Assembly (NCBI GenBank): GCA_002189035.1
Contig: CM007989.1
Coordinates: forward strand, 4,092,001-4,156,000
Length of the DNA stretch: 64,000 bases
Direction: 5' to 3'
DNA from: Utricularia gibba
Taxonomy: Eukaryota; Plantae; Magnoliophyta
Shown piece after piece: positions 11,738 to 27,557 of this stretch; position 1 is the stretch's first letter, and the number at the start of each line of letters is the position of its first letter. The translations under genes were made by a program, and so were the position numbers. The notes under the pieces are model-generated. The model was not told the origin of the DNA, did not search any database, and saw only the letters and a list, made by a program, of their open reading frames with translations.

Positions 11738-14700
11738 TGTTGGATGATGATGCTAAAATTGAGATGAATCAAGAAATATGGAAGCTTACGACATAATGAG
11801 GGAGGAAGACGGACGGGAAATTCCTTGTGTGAGGAATTTTGGGAAAGTTGCAGATATTGGACTCATGATCATTGGCCCAATCAGCAACATATTGAACTAC
11901 CCACACCAAGGGAAATATATTAGACCTATCCAAGATCGAGACCCAACTCAAAAGAAGGTGCTGCTGCTAATGCAAATGACCATTAAATCTGCATAAGATA
12001 AACCATCTGGAAGTCGCAAATCAGAATGAAAAATATTCTTCCCAACGACTACCTCTCACCCTTATAAATACCATTTCAATGTAGAAAATGTGTAAGGTTG
12101 AACCCCACATCTTTCAATACAATACATTCAAGTTTTCTCAAATATCCTCTCAACAAACAATGATAACCACCACATCTCTTCCCAATACCTATAACCACAC
12201 TCGAAGTCATTCACTCCAGTCACCTACAGCACTCAACCTTCTAACATGGTGAACCCGAAGTGAAACAAAGATCCACACGTTGTGCATCTGATACACCCAG
12301 GATTCGAACAGGAACATGACATTGTAAGTAGGTACGAGTACTTTCAGTTAATTTCGGTTGCTCAGTCTAATCAGGAACAGAGTCCTACAAAAGATGGATG
12401 GACCACCTGTGCTCAATGGCCAAGATTATGAAATATGGGCCAAACTCATGGAAGATTACCTAGATATGCATGAACTATGAAGTGTGTTTGAGGGTTCCAA
12501 CAGTCCTGATTCACCAACAACATCTGATGAGACTACGAAATTAGTAAAGAAAGCCAAGGTCATGTTAGGAAAAGCAATAACTATTGAATTCTACAAACAA
12601 ATTTTACAATGCAAAGTACCAAAGGATTCCTGGGTGAAATTGAAAGATATTTACGAGAAAGACATAAATTCCCAAAAAATAGAGATCTCTCACAATTAGA
12701 ATCGCTTTGAGAACCTGACGTTTACCTAAGGTATGACCATCAATCAATTCTATGAACTACTAAAAGGTATTGTCTTGCAGCTTCAATTACTAGGCGAATA
12801 GGTCAATGAAGAAAGAATTAAGAGGAGGATTATAAGTACGTTACCTAGAACCTATGCTCTAGTTATCTCAGGTCTACAAGTAAATCGCACATTGCACACC
12901 ATGAGCTCTAAGGAACTATTGGAAGGACTAGCTGAAAAAGAAACCGAAGGAAACTTATTTTTCCAAGCTCAAGATCCGGCTTTCAACGTGACTCAAAGCT
13001 CCTCCTACAACTACTCAAACACTGGATTATGGGCCTTCATGAGAAAGTTGACCAATTATTTTTCAAGCAAAATCATAGAAGATGGGACCTGGAGATCCAT
13101 ATACATTCTGTAAACATAAGGGACACCACCCCTCCAAATGCTTCTGAAACCCTGAAGCATTGTGCATCTACTGCTCACTACGAGGACACATGGAGAAAGT
13201 GTGTCCCTTGAAGAAGTATCACCTGTTGAGAGGAAAAAAACACAGAAGTTGTTAAAAAATTTGCTAGCTCAATAAATGATGTAAAATTCTCTGTTGAAGT
13301 CAATAAGAAGCAAGCTGAACTTACTCTTTGTGTCATCTTAACACGCTGGTGACTTCGTTTACTGACTTGAGAAAACAAGGACTTTAGTTGATAAATAGTG
13401 GATGTAGTCACCATCTGAAAAACAATAAAGATTCTTTCTCAACGTTCACAAAACTCACTAGGAAATTCATTGAAATTGCATATGGGAAATTAATACCTAT
13501 TAAAGGATAGTGGCAACTTGTTGAAAAGGGATTTAAGGTGTATCTTGAAGACAATCTATGCACTATAAGAGACTCTAAAAAAAATGTTATACTCACTGCA
13601 CAAATGTATAATAGAGTATTTCCCTAAATCTATCAGCCCCACCTTCAGACCAAGATCTATGTCTATCTATATACGAGACAACAAGGTCGCGGCACAAAAG
13701 AATGAGACATTACCACTTTACAGATCTTTCTCACCTATAGAATAAAAGTTTGGCAAAAGGAATATTACCTACTGAAATAAAAGAAAGTACCAATAGAATC
13801 ATTGCGAAGTGTAAAATGAACAAAAAAACCTTTTCTCAAGTTCTCCCACCCAGCTCAAAACAAACTGGAAGTGGTCACCTCTAATGTGTGTGGACCCATG
13901 CATACACCTACTTGAGCGGGGAACCTATATTACGTCATCTTCATAGATGAACACACTAAGTACACCTTGGTTTACATTCTGAAACATAAATCAGAAGTGG
14001 TTCACTACTTTAAAATATTCAAAGCTCTTTCAGAAGCACAAAGTGGTAACATGATACGCACACTGCGTTCTGACAATGGAGGGGAGTACTACACCTTCGA
14101 ACTCAAAAAATTATGTGAACTCAATGGAATTGTGCATCAATTTATGGCACCCTACTCTTCAGAGCAAAATGGAATTTCTGAAAAAAGGAAAAGAATAATA
14201 GTCAACATGGCAATATGTCTACTTTATGAAAAGAACATACCTATCCAATTTTGGGGAGAAGTCATGAATACAGTTGTCTACTTGCTAAATCGGCTCCCCT
14301 TGAAAGACACTCCAGAAGAAAAAACCCCTTATGAACTCTGGCACAACAAGGTACCGGATTTAACCTATATCAAAATATTTGGATCAATCTACTACATACA
14401 CATCCCAAAAGAGAAAAGAAACAAATAGAACAAGAAATCTGAACCAGTAATTCTTCTGGGTTACAATGAGACATGCAAGGCATATGAAGTTTTAAACTGA
14501 GAACTGATGAAGTGCAAATCAACAAAGATATAATTGTAGATAAATCTAGAACTTATGGTTGTGGTCAAAACTCATTGCTGAAGGGAAATTATATATCGTA
14601 TCTCTCAACTGCACAGAACCCATTTCCTCTTGAAAATCAGCATACAGTACTTCAAACATGTGATCCAGGTGAAACACAGACTCAACGAAATGCATCACGC

Positions 14701-17113
14701 ACACTTGGAGCTGAGAACCTCAATCTCACCCCAGTGGAGTTTGAAATAACATCTACAAGAGACAGCAAGAGGAAATTATTGACAACATATAATTTGACTC
14801 ACATACCCGCTAAAGACCCTAATTATCCTATTCCTGAAGAACCAGTGGGGGAGGAACTCTCAGCAAACAACAAGGAAATTCTGGACGTACTAGGAACAGT
14901 TGTTGACCCTACATGGATGGATGACTATGCATGTGTCATCTCCGAAAGGAAAAATGAAAAGACAGACTTATGGAAGGAGAAACAAAATTTCAAGAAAACT
15001 GTGGTACCAACATAGACCAGTTATTGGACTTTTCAATACATGAACCCATCAGTGTGCGAGAAGCATTAAGAGATTCTGAGTGGAGGAAATCTATACACAA
15101 CAAATTCAATTTCATACACAACCACACAGTATGAATAGCAGTTCCAAATCAAAAGGTGTAGAATTTCTGGATCTCAAATTTATCTGTAGACCAACGTTAA
15201 ATTCAGACAGAGGCCTAAACAAGAGAAAATCAAGATTGACAGTGAAAGGGTATCTCCAAAAGGCTGGTGTGGACTACTTCAAAACCTTCGCTCCACTAGC
15301 AAGGTTAGACATCGTAAAAATAGTTGTTGCATTGGATGTTTGCAACAAACGGAAACTGCAACATCTTGATATAAAAACATCATTTCTACACAATAAACAC
15401 AATGAAGATATATACGTTAATCCTCCACCGTGATTTATCATCAAAGATCACTCATACTATGTTTTAAAGCTAAACAAAACATTATATGAGCTTAAGCAGG
15501 CATCTAAGAAATGATATTCTATTATCGATACATTTTTTTCTAGAGTAGCGCTATGCAAGAAATAAAAACGATACTACCCTCTACATTCTAGATGACAAAA
15601 GAGAAGAATCATAATCTCTCTATATGTGGACGATATTCTGATAAACAATAACAGCGAGGAATTAATCTCAAAACAGAAAAAAATACAACAACAAAGGTTC
15701 GAACTATCTGACCTTGAACTAGCTCAATATTTCTTGGGAATGGAAATTGTGCAGAGAGAAGATTTCATATTCCTAAACCAAAGAAGTATACTGAGCATCT
15801 TTTAAAGAGAATGAATATGAAGAGTGCAAAATATTTAGCTACATCATTCCCTTCACAAGTTAAACAAAAATTAACAAAACAAGAGGGCATACTAATGAAC
15901 GTGATGGAATATCATAAGCTAATTGGGACCTTGATGTACCTGACTGCCACAAGACCAGATATAACTTTCACAGTATCCTTTTCGTCCAGATGTATGCACT
16001 ATCTATACACAATACACATGGAAATCACTAGAAAAATACTTAGATATCTAAACTCCACCACTTCACTTGGCCTCTACTATAAGAAAGGACTAACCTGACA
16101 CTGCAAGGGTTTATGGATGCTGATTTTTGCAGGAGATGAACAAGAATGCAAATCAACTACAGGGTACTTGTTCAATTTGGGATCAACCGAATTCGCTTGG
16201 AACAACAAGAAGCAAAATGTTGTCACTCAATCCTCTGCAAAAGCAGAGTACGTAGCTGGAGCATCAGCCACAAACCATGCACAATGGCTCATCAAAATCT
16301 ACGAGGATCTGAAAATTCCAATCAAGAAACCAGTGATTTTTCAACATTGACGACAAATCCGCAATCAACGTAGCACAAAATCCATTAATGTTTGGAAGAA
16401 CAAAGCACATCAAAATCAAGTATCATGTACTTCGAGACTATGTTAAAGAAGAAATGATTGCTCTGGAGTACGTACCATTAGAGGAACAAGTAGCTGACAT
16501 ACTCACCAAGTGCCTCTTCCTAAGGAACTTCAACGAAATCAAGAACATACTAGGGCTCATAATCAAACCTTTTGAGAATACACTCTTGTCTCACTTGCAA
16601 AATCAAGGGAGGATGTTGGATGATGATGCTGAAATTGAGACGAATTAATAAATATGGAAGCTTCCGACAGAACGAGAATAGTAGGAGCCAAGAGAAGAAG
16701 ACGTGAGGGAGGAAGATGGATGGGAAATCCCTTCTGTGAGGAATTTTTGGAAAGTTGTAGATACTATCCACACCAATGGAAATATATTAGATTCATCCAA
16801 GATTAAGACCCAAATCAAAAGAATGTGCTGTTACTAAGCCATATGACCATTGAATCTACAGAACATAAACCATCTGGAAGCCGCAGATTAGAATGAAAAA
16901 TATCCTTCCCAACGACTACCTCTCACCCTTATAAATACCACTTCAATGTAAAAAACATATAATGTTGAACCTCACATCTGTCAATACAATACATTCAAGT
17001 TTTCTCAAGCATCCTCTCAACAAATAACGATAACTACCACATCTCTTCCGAGTACCTATAACCATGTTCGAAGTCATTCACTTCAGTCACCTACAATGCC
17101 CAAACTTCTAATA
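11738..17113 (+). mobile_element. Old, degenerate full-length Ty1/Copia element
   Basis: LTRs at 11738-12246 (TGTTGG...CTAACA) and 16614-17113 (TGTTGG...CTAATA) are clearly homologous but diverged. PPT AAGGGAGGA at 16605-16613 and PBS at 12247-12263. Fragmented gag (~12390-13100), INT (13967-14428, RSDNGGEY), RT (15080-16098) and RH (16117-16648, ADILTK). Flanks GTTAC and ATTAG match at only 3/5. Confidence 0.88.
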
Positions 17114-20100
17114 ATTAGAAGATGAAACTGATGGAAGTACATGATAGATACAATAGAGTATACTAATAAAAAGTAAAGAAAAAATGTAAGTCATTATATA
17201 CATATAAAGGGGGTTGAGCAGCAAATAAATTTTAGATGCACAATTATTCTTATAAATCATCTTCAAATTTTTCTCATACCAATAGTAATATTCTATTTGG
17301 TGTGTGACATGTTCAAATTTTCTTATGTTCTAGGTTACCAATCCTTTTATATTTACTTTTTCACAAGAACATCGAAAACACTAACGAACAATCTAAATAG
17401 AAATGAATACAAATTTGGTTGATTGTAAATGAATTTTATTTCTAAAAATATACATATATACAATTATCATTTTACATTGTTAGAGGACATCATTCTCATA
17501 ATCTATGTTGCACGTGCATAGGTTGATGGTTTAGCTCTACTATCTATTGAACTGAATGTCTAATGATCATCAACCTATCAAAGTAGCAATAATAATGGTT
17601 TGAATAGTAGTGGAATTGAAAACAATCAAATAATCGAGTAGATGTAATCATATTAAAAGAGCAAATGAATTGTACTACTATTGAAATTAATTAGAACAAA
17701 GTGTTATTCAATTTAAGACAACAAGCAATAAAACTCATAAGTGAATGAAATAATTGACAACATATAACATAACAAGCTTAATACTAGAGACTCTAACTAT
17801 CTCGATATAAAAAATACTACAACAAACTGAAAGTATTGTTGAATGGAGTATTTTGCCATGATCATTCTATCCAAGTGAATTTGAATCGTTGGACTCATCA
17901 TGTGTTGGGTTTACATGAAACTGAGGCCCATTTGTCGTATAATTAGAACAAAGTTTAATAAAAAAAAATAGAATACAATATAAAATTGAAATTTGAATAT
18001 TTTAATGAAGAATAGGATTCACTTGTAGAAAAATTGAAAAAAAAAATCAAATGAAACTTAAACTAGGCCCCATTTGCCGGATCAACCTTAACTCATCTTT
18101 TATGACTCATTATACACTGAGTCCGACCCTAGATGGGTCAACTCGCCGAATTCACCAGTCGACCCTGACACTTGGCTAGGTCGAAGTGAAGTGCACAAAT
18201 AATGTAGACCAACTTGGAAGTAACAAATATAGCATCAAAGTCAAAGAGTTATCAATGAGTGAGAGTAGCTATAGAAAAGTAAAGAAGATAAAGCCAAATA
18301 ATGGGCTTGTTTGAAACTATAGTTACAAATCTTGGGTGTGGTGAGATCAATTGAAACAACAATTATGTGAGGTTTAACGTCACTGGATTCACACCACAAA
18401 TCCAAAAAAACACCAATATAAAGCAACTTGGAATTGAATCCAATGCCTAAATTTATTAGGTATAAGTGAATCTTAGTAAAATGTAGCATGTAATATCTTT
18501 TCAAATGTTTCATTTTTCTCGATGTAACAACTTTTTTATAGATATTTTTATTTTAAATTTATTATATCAAATTAAATCAAAATACTTTTTTTATAGCTGA
18601 TTCATCCCATCCCGACCTAACCCAACCGAAGCAATGAAGGCTTTCACTATCTGGGCCTCCCAATCCTAATGTTTCATATGGACAAGTATCTCAAAACATC
18701 AATTGAACTTGATTCATTCCTAATCTCTAATCATATAAGATATTGTTTCAAAGCTCTTTTCGTATAAGTCGTGTTCATTCACATGCACCCATATGCTCTC
18801 TATCACTCAAATCGATCGAATTACATTAGATCGATAGTCATGCTATTATCAAGTAGGTCACAGGAACTAGGGATCTAATTTTGGGATTCATTACAAAATT
18901 GATCATTGTTGAGCTCTAATATTATAAAAGTGGACACCGCATGCAATGCATTACAAAAATGGCCATCCAATTAAAAAAATAAATAATTTAACTATTAAAA
19001 ATTACTTAATGTTCTAAAAATAAAAAAAAAATTGAAATTAATATATATTTATATTTATATTTATATTAATTTAATAACAATTTAATTAATATTCAATTCA
19101 AAATTTAAAATTACATACATTAGAAATTAATAATTATTATTTTAATTTTTTATGATAATTATGTAACTACACAAAAATCATTGAAGTAATATATTAAATC
19201 GTCTTCATAGAAATTGATTATTTTTTAATCTTCAAAAATGACTTGAAACAAACGACAACAAAATGAAACAAAATAATTTTAAAAACAACAGAAATTAAAA
19301 CTTTAGATCAAAGATCCCTCATACAAAAATTCGTCCATCTATGTGTGTGTGTGAATATAAAAGGATTATATTTGTAAATAATTTTAATTTAAATTAAATT
19401 TTGTTGTAGTTTATTTAAAAAAATAACATAGTTTATTTTACAATTTTCATTAACAAGTTTAACTTAAAAAAATATTTCATGATTTAACAACTTTATATTA
19501 CTTTAAATTTTCATAATGCATTGCTATTAAATATATATAAATTTATGTCTATTTTTATTTTTAATTAATTTTTAAAATTTTCGTTATTCAAGCATGGCCA
19601 CTTTCTAACATATTACACAAAGTGACCAATTTTGTATTGTAAGACGGAGAGTATGGCCATTTTTATAATTAGCTCCTAATTTTGTGTGACACGTAAATTA
19701 ATGTCCACCGGTCTTGTACGGTGGTCCGCCGGGGATGTATGTATCTCGGCCATGCACAGTACCAGGAGAGTAAATATTTATAAATACAACACCCTGCGAA
19801 AATAAAGTGACTTTACCCCCCGAAATTATTTCCAGCACCCCATGAAATGATGACATACAACAATGTTTTAAAATCAGGAGATTAAATCCTAAAATAAGTT
19901 CAAAAGAAAAATTTTATTTTTCCAAATATTTTAAAACACAATTAAAAATTAAATTTATTTCAAATCTGGAAAGATTGGTTTGGTTAGTTGATTTAGATTT
20001 TTATGGATTTAAATTATTTGGATTTAGACAAACCCAAATATATAGGTTTAAAAATGCTCATACCTCCTCACCCTCCCTTCTCCTTAAGGTAATATGTGGA

Positions 20101-21592
20101 TAATTTGATATAATTATGTCTACATATGAAATAACAGAATTTTATTAAACTTATTATAAAATAACCTTATACTTTCATACTAAACAAGACCTAAGAATGC
20201 ATTCAATCCTTTTTAAAACACGACATGTGAGCATGTCTAAAAATTACCAACATTTTTTTTTCACTAAATGAATATATTTTTAAAACATTAAAAAAAATAC
20301 TTCCATCTAGGGAGGGGTAGGTGCCCCCCGTAGGTGGAATGAATATACCCAGACAGGATAACGTTTTGTTGGTGATCCCATTAACATTCTTGGGTTGGTT
20401 TCTTGCTTTTACTTTGAATATAAACAGAATTGATGAAGTGTTTATGTTGTCACCTGCTTGACACTTGATGTATTTCTGCATATATTTCTATAGTTTTTTC
20501 AGAACACATGTAATGTATTTCTAATTTTCAAACTTCTGAAATTTTTCAAAACACTCCTATAGTTGTGAAATATTAGGAAGGAAGCTCTTCTTCTTCTCCT
20601 GGTCCTTGTGGGCATCTCCTCCGTTGAGATGAACTGTTGGCGATCCGCTACTTATTGAAGTCATGTGTACTGTAGAAGTACTGTGGGCAGTAGCTGCGAG
20701 CAGACATCAGCATGACAGAGGCCTAAGGGCCAAGGAGCCGTCGGATCGCATCACCATGACTCATTGTTTGGTATGCATTAACCTCCCGTGTCTAGGTGCG
20801 TTACATGTTTCAACACCTGCTCCCTAGTGTTTGCCTCATTATCATCCTCATACTATACATTTGGGATTCAGCGCAACCAGAGACACTCACATAATCAAAT
20901 TATGCAAGTATTGTTGATATGGACAACTAGCCCCATAAATAGTTTTGTTACAAAACATGAACAAATTCTTTCCGAAAAACTTAAAAATTTAGAATAACAA
21001 TGGAATTTGAAGTTTTAATTTTTTTTAAATGTTTTCGAGAAGCTATACTTATTTGGAACAACTTATGGTTTAAAAGAAACACTATATAGTAATTTTATTA
21101 CCAGATACGAGTAACTTCTCTTACAAAAATGTAGAAGCGGTTGTGTATTTTTCGAAAAGCTATAGCAAAGAGAGCCTTAACCGATGTATATATTACACCT
21201 TCATTAACGATTTTCCAAGTTTGTGACATGAGATTGGCGTTCAGAATTCAGTTGGATTTGTAATAATGGGACACAAAGAGTGGATTTATACAGATGCTCT
21301 TCAATCCGTACGGTTTCACGTCTATGGGTCTGTCAAGTTTGTGACACGACAAGAACAATGAATATTTGATTAGAAGCTTGATGCATGAGAATATTATAGA
21401 TATAAAAACGATTTTCTAGAGATTTTATAAATATTAATAATAATTATTATTATTCTTATTTTTATAATAATGCTCAACAGATACCCCATGCAAAAATTAT
21501 TATACGCAAGTAAATAGAGGAGGCCTTTTTTGCTTTAGTATCTCTATTTATACCCTAAGTAATCCTCTGCAGCTGCCTCAACCTAAGTTCCC

Positions 21593-22312
21593 ATGCATAG
21601 TGTAGGTTCAAAGAGATGGTGCCCTACGCCGGAGCAAGTGGCGGTACTGGAGGAGCTTTACACACGAGGCCTGAGAACTCCGACCGCCGCCCAGATACAG
21701 AAGATCACCGCCCACCTCGCCGTTTACGGTAAAATTCAAGGCAAAAATGTGTTTTACTGGTTTCAGAATCACAAGGCTAGAGATAGACAGAAGCTGAGGA
21801 GGAAGATTCAGAAGCAACTCCACCAAAATCACGTCATCCCTGAGCTTGAAGTACCCCCACCGCCGTGCAATCCCTTCTTTCAGGATCTCCGGTTACCCTC
21901 CACCGCCTCACACTTCCCCTACCTCCATCACTACCCTCCTGAGAATGCTTTCTCCCAGGTAAACTCTTTCTTCCCTAATCTTTTTTTTTTTCAGAAACAC
22001 TACATCTATTTTGTTGAAATGATTATTTTGGAATCAGAATGATGATGATAATGTTTCGTAGTTGGGGAATAGTTGAGCGATTGAACCACCCGTTTAGCGA
22101 TTTAATCTCCCCTGTCAGTTGTTTCGAACATGTTGACAACGCAGGCTATTGGAATATACGACGAGGGACCAGAGGGAGTTACGGCGAGGTCCCAAACATC
22201 GCCGTCGATTATATCCTACGATCCCATCTTCCCCTGCTGCAACTGGAGCCGGCCCCTACAGACCCTGCAGCTCTTTCCGGTCCGGGGCGACCAAGAAACC
22301 GATGCTTCTTGA
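21593..22312 (+). CDS. WOX3: WUSCHEL-related homeobox, WOX3/PRESSED FLOWER/NARROW SHEATH type
   Basis: Homeodomain RWCPTPEQ...[25 protein letters not shown]. Exon 1 21593-21958 (CAG|GTAAA). Exon 2 inferred at 22145-22312 (CAG|GCT, phase 0) carries the WUS box TLQLFP. About 177 aa. Confidence 0.88.
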
Positions 22313-24204
22313 GAACCCATATCAGTTATTGTGATGCAGCCGTCACTAAGTCAAAGCAAAAGGGAAAGGGCCCTATTCTTTCTCTTTTCTAGGATCTCTT
22401 GTCTCCTGCATCTTAGCTAGCGCTCTGTGTAATATGTTGTGTTTTAGACATGTCTCCGGAGTTCCCCTTGTCACCTCTCTCCCCTTCTCAGACCATGCAG
22501 TTTTCTAATTGTTTTCCACCTCGTGAGTACACAAGGGCATGCCTATAGCCTATAGGGTTTAGGTGTGTACCCATCTAATGAAGTATGTACAAAGTGGGCC
22601 AAATTTGTGGAATCGTACCTTCGATTTTAGGGTACAATCATGGCTGATCGTTTCATCTGCCGGCCGCGGTGGCGATATACCCGTACGGAAGCAGGGGGTT
22701 GGTGTTTTAGAGGTGGATTTGTGCCTCTTCTAGGGTTTAAATATAAAACATTCCAATGGGATAATGTTGAGGTTCTCCAATGAAACTCGTCTAGGTGCAA
22801 TATATCCTCTAATGAATGAAAAGTTCACAAATATATTAAAGAGAGTGGGCTTCTTCACATAATGTTCAACATAAATTGAAACCTAGACATGAGATTCAAA
22901 AAGTGAGTTGGACCTGCCCACATAGATATCCTAAGATATATAAACATTAGGAGTGTGATTGATAGAGAGGATAAAGAGGGATAGTTAAATGAGAAAAGAA
23001 AAATAGGATGTTTGATAAGTAAAATAAATTCTACTTAAAATAATTTATATCATGAATATGACATAAAATAATAGGAGGAGAGAAATTGAAATAAAATTAT
23101 ACTGTCATATATATCTTTTTTATATATCACTTCTTATACCTAATATAATTTATTTATGTACTAAACATACCCTAGACATATGACCGTAGAGTGAATAACA
23201 ACTAATATAACAAAAAATTTGGAGTATCCAATGAGAATTTGAAAGGATTGATCTTTACCATAAATTCTTATTCTTGAGAGAAAGCTTCGGTTTGGAATTC
23301 ATCTCCAAGAAAAGGAAGTGGTTTGGTCACTTGTGTAAGTTTATCGGATTGAGTAGCGGTTGATTGTGGGAAAGTTACTACTTTTTGTACCTCATGTGCT
23401 AATTAACTTAATGGTCATGTAACATCAATCTTATATTTGTTGATTGGTTTGAATTACTAGTGAAAGAGTGGTTTTTATGCCGATTCTTGAATTACCACCT
23501 ATAAAAAATATTTTATTTTTTCTATCTTTAATTTTCTTTTATAACCTACAAGATAAACCAGATAAGTTAAAAAAATGATTTGATTTGAATATAATTTCTG
23601 TAGAAATCAAGAGATGATTTCTTAACAATATATTAGTGAAGATGAAATATGGATTGAACATGATACAAGCATAGTAATGAATAAGCAAGCATAATATAAA
23701 TAACGAATATATTCATCCAATTTTAAGGAATAGTAAGCGCAAATATTTTCATAGCGCATTCAACTTCGTGTGGTATCGTGCAATACTTATATTGAATACA
23801 GTTTAAAATATTATTTCATTTGACATAGGTAATTATAATACATGGAAAAAAATTAAATTTGAAAGAAGTATTATGAATATGATTGGATGAATTATACGAA
23901 TGTTTTGTAAATACGCTTATATTGTAAAACACGTATATTAAATAAATAGATGAAATTATCAATGTATATGTTATCATCTGTAAATAAAACTAGCAAATAC
24001 AATTATATTGATGATATATAATTGATAATTTGCAGAAGAAAATGATATTTTGAAAAAAATTGAAATATATTTGAATTTGGAAGATCTTTAATTTGCGCTC
24101 CATCGGCGCCCGCAATTCCGACCCGATCCTCTTTAAGACGGGGATATGATCCACAGCGTCGATTAAAAGATAATCAACGTCTGGAAACGTTTTGAGACGT
24201 ATAT

Positions 24205-24212
24205 CGCGGATC
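24205..24212 (+). promoter_or_regulatory. Plant histone octamer CGCGGATC
   Basis: Exact octamer 112 bp upstream of the H4 ATG, followed by a TATA-like TATATATA at ~24233-24240. Confidence 0.7.
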
Positions 24213-24305
24213 GACAACCCCACAGCATCCTTATATATACACCTCAAAGCACAAACTGCGTGCAATTGTACCTCGACGTCTGGTCGCTTCTTCTACCCGA
24301 CTTAA

Positions 24306-24635
<330 letters not shown>

Positions 24636-24660
24636 GAATTGCTTAGGCTGTAAAATACTA

Positions 24661-24868
24661 TGGGCCGATATTGGGCCTCTGTTTGATGTAATGGGCCTCT
24701 GGTTTACTTTTTTAGTTTAAAATTAATTGAGCCTTGGCGAGCCCAGGCTATTGGGCTAAAAGAGTGGGTTGATAATTGAGTCTGAAATTGAAAATTGTCG
24801 GTCCATTTGATTCACTTCAATGGGGGCTATGGCGGGACCTAAAATCTAAATACCATTCTTCCCGCCAA
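24661..24868 (+). promoter_or_regulatory. PCNA promoter: site II (TCP) cluster and two E2F-like sites
   Basis: TGGGCC at 24661, 24672 and 24692; AGCCCA at 24740; TGGGCT at 24752. E2F-like TGGCGGGA at 24830-24837 and TTCCCGCCAA at 24859-24868. Site II and E2F control of plant PCNA promoters is established knowledge. Confidence 0.7.
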
Positions 24869-24930
24869 TCTGGAATTGAAGAATACCGAATTGTTCGAAC
24901 CCTAGTCGCGGCTTCCCTCGTGTGGGCTGA

Positions 24931-26508
<1,578 letters not shown>

Positions 26509-26730
26509 TTATCTATCCTCCAGGGAAACGACATGGTCTTCATCATCTAAATCTTCACTGTGCTTTCCTTTGGACTTATTTCCCCATGGCTCGGCAGCAG
26601 TCATTTGTCATTCTGTCAGAGCCTGTGTTGTGTTCTGTCAGGATCTTAGGATTAGCGTGGCATTTGGGATTCAAAGCGTAGCAACTTTGCACAAACAGGG
26701 AGATATTTCATGGCAAGGACCGCAAGCAAA

Positions 26731-27557
26731 TTAAGCAGAGAGATGAACGGAAATCTGGAGCAGCGTCTGCCATCCATCGGCCTCGCTCTGGTTCAGTGCC
26801 GGGAACGTCTTCAATTTCGCGATATCCGCTGCGTTCACGTACTTACCGGTTCCTCCTATGATCGCCAAGTGCGACTCTGCCGCCGTCGGCCTGCGGATGC
26901 CATAGAAGCTCAAGCTATCAGTGTAGCTTCCGCCGGAGAACGTCACGGTGAACGCCATTGTTTGGCTTGTCCCATCTCCAGAACTGGCGAAGTAGAAACC
27001 CTGAGCCTGGCCCACGAGCGCTGAACTCTGTTCCTGTCCCACGGTGAGCGCGTCGTCGATTACCATGATTGTGACGAACATTAGCTTCTCTAGAAATATG
27101 CCGGAGGGGAAACCAGCGCTACCGAGGAACGGGAAGCTCTCTGCGCCGTCAATCACGTTTACCCCATTTATGGCCTGCAAGGTGTTCGATGAAAAGCCGC
27201 CTAGACCCGGGAGGAATGGAAAGTTCTACGGTTTTGTCATTGCTGACAAACTCCTTCCCGCCTGGTAGAATGGCTCCGTTGGGGTTCGCGAACGGCACTT
27301 GGCCGCCGACGGTGGGGTTGGATTCGATGCCGGTCACCGCAATGGCAGAAGAGTGCGTGCCGCCAAGGATGTCATGCATGAAAAAGACAAGCGATTGTTC
27401 ATCTTGGGTTTCCACTGTCATCAGAGACCTCTGATGAGTCATCGTCACCGAGAGTTGTGCGGGAGCTCTGCTCGTCGAGGATCCTTGCCTCCGCCGTCCA
27501 GCAGATTGCCGCAGCAAGGAACAGAAGGGCGACATGTGTGTTGAGTTTGGAAGCCAT
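26731..27557 (-). pseudogene. Dirigent protein of the ESB1/DIR9/18/24/25-like clade with two frameshifts (pseudogene or assembly error)
   Basis: Signal peptide MASKLNTHVALLFLAAAICWTAEA-RILDE from ATG 27557. Then LVFFMHDILGG, GQVPFANPNG, PFLPGLGG, LVGQAQGFYFASSGDGTSQTMAFT and SHLAIIGGTGKYVNA, spread over three frames. Shifts are at ~27405 and ~27230. Confidence 0.8.

Noticed and set aside
12247-12330. tRNA gene on the minus strand near the old Copia 5' LTR
   Set aside because: Complementarity to tRNA-Trp covers only ~18 nt and no cloverleaf follows, so it is a PBS rather than a tRNA gene.
22765-22946. Possible short solo LTR/TRIM starting TGTTGAG
   Set aside because: The flanks (GATAA and TTAGG) do not form a TSD.
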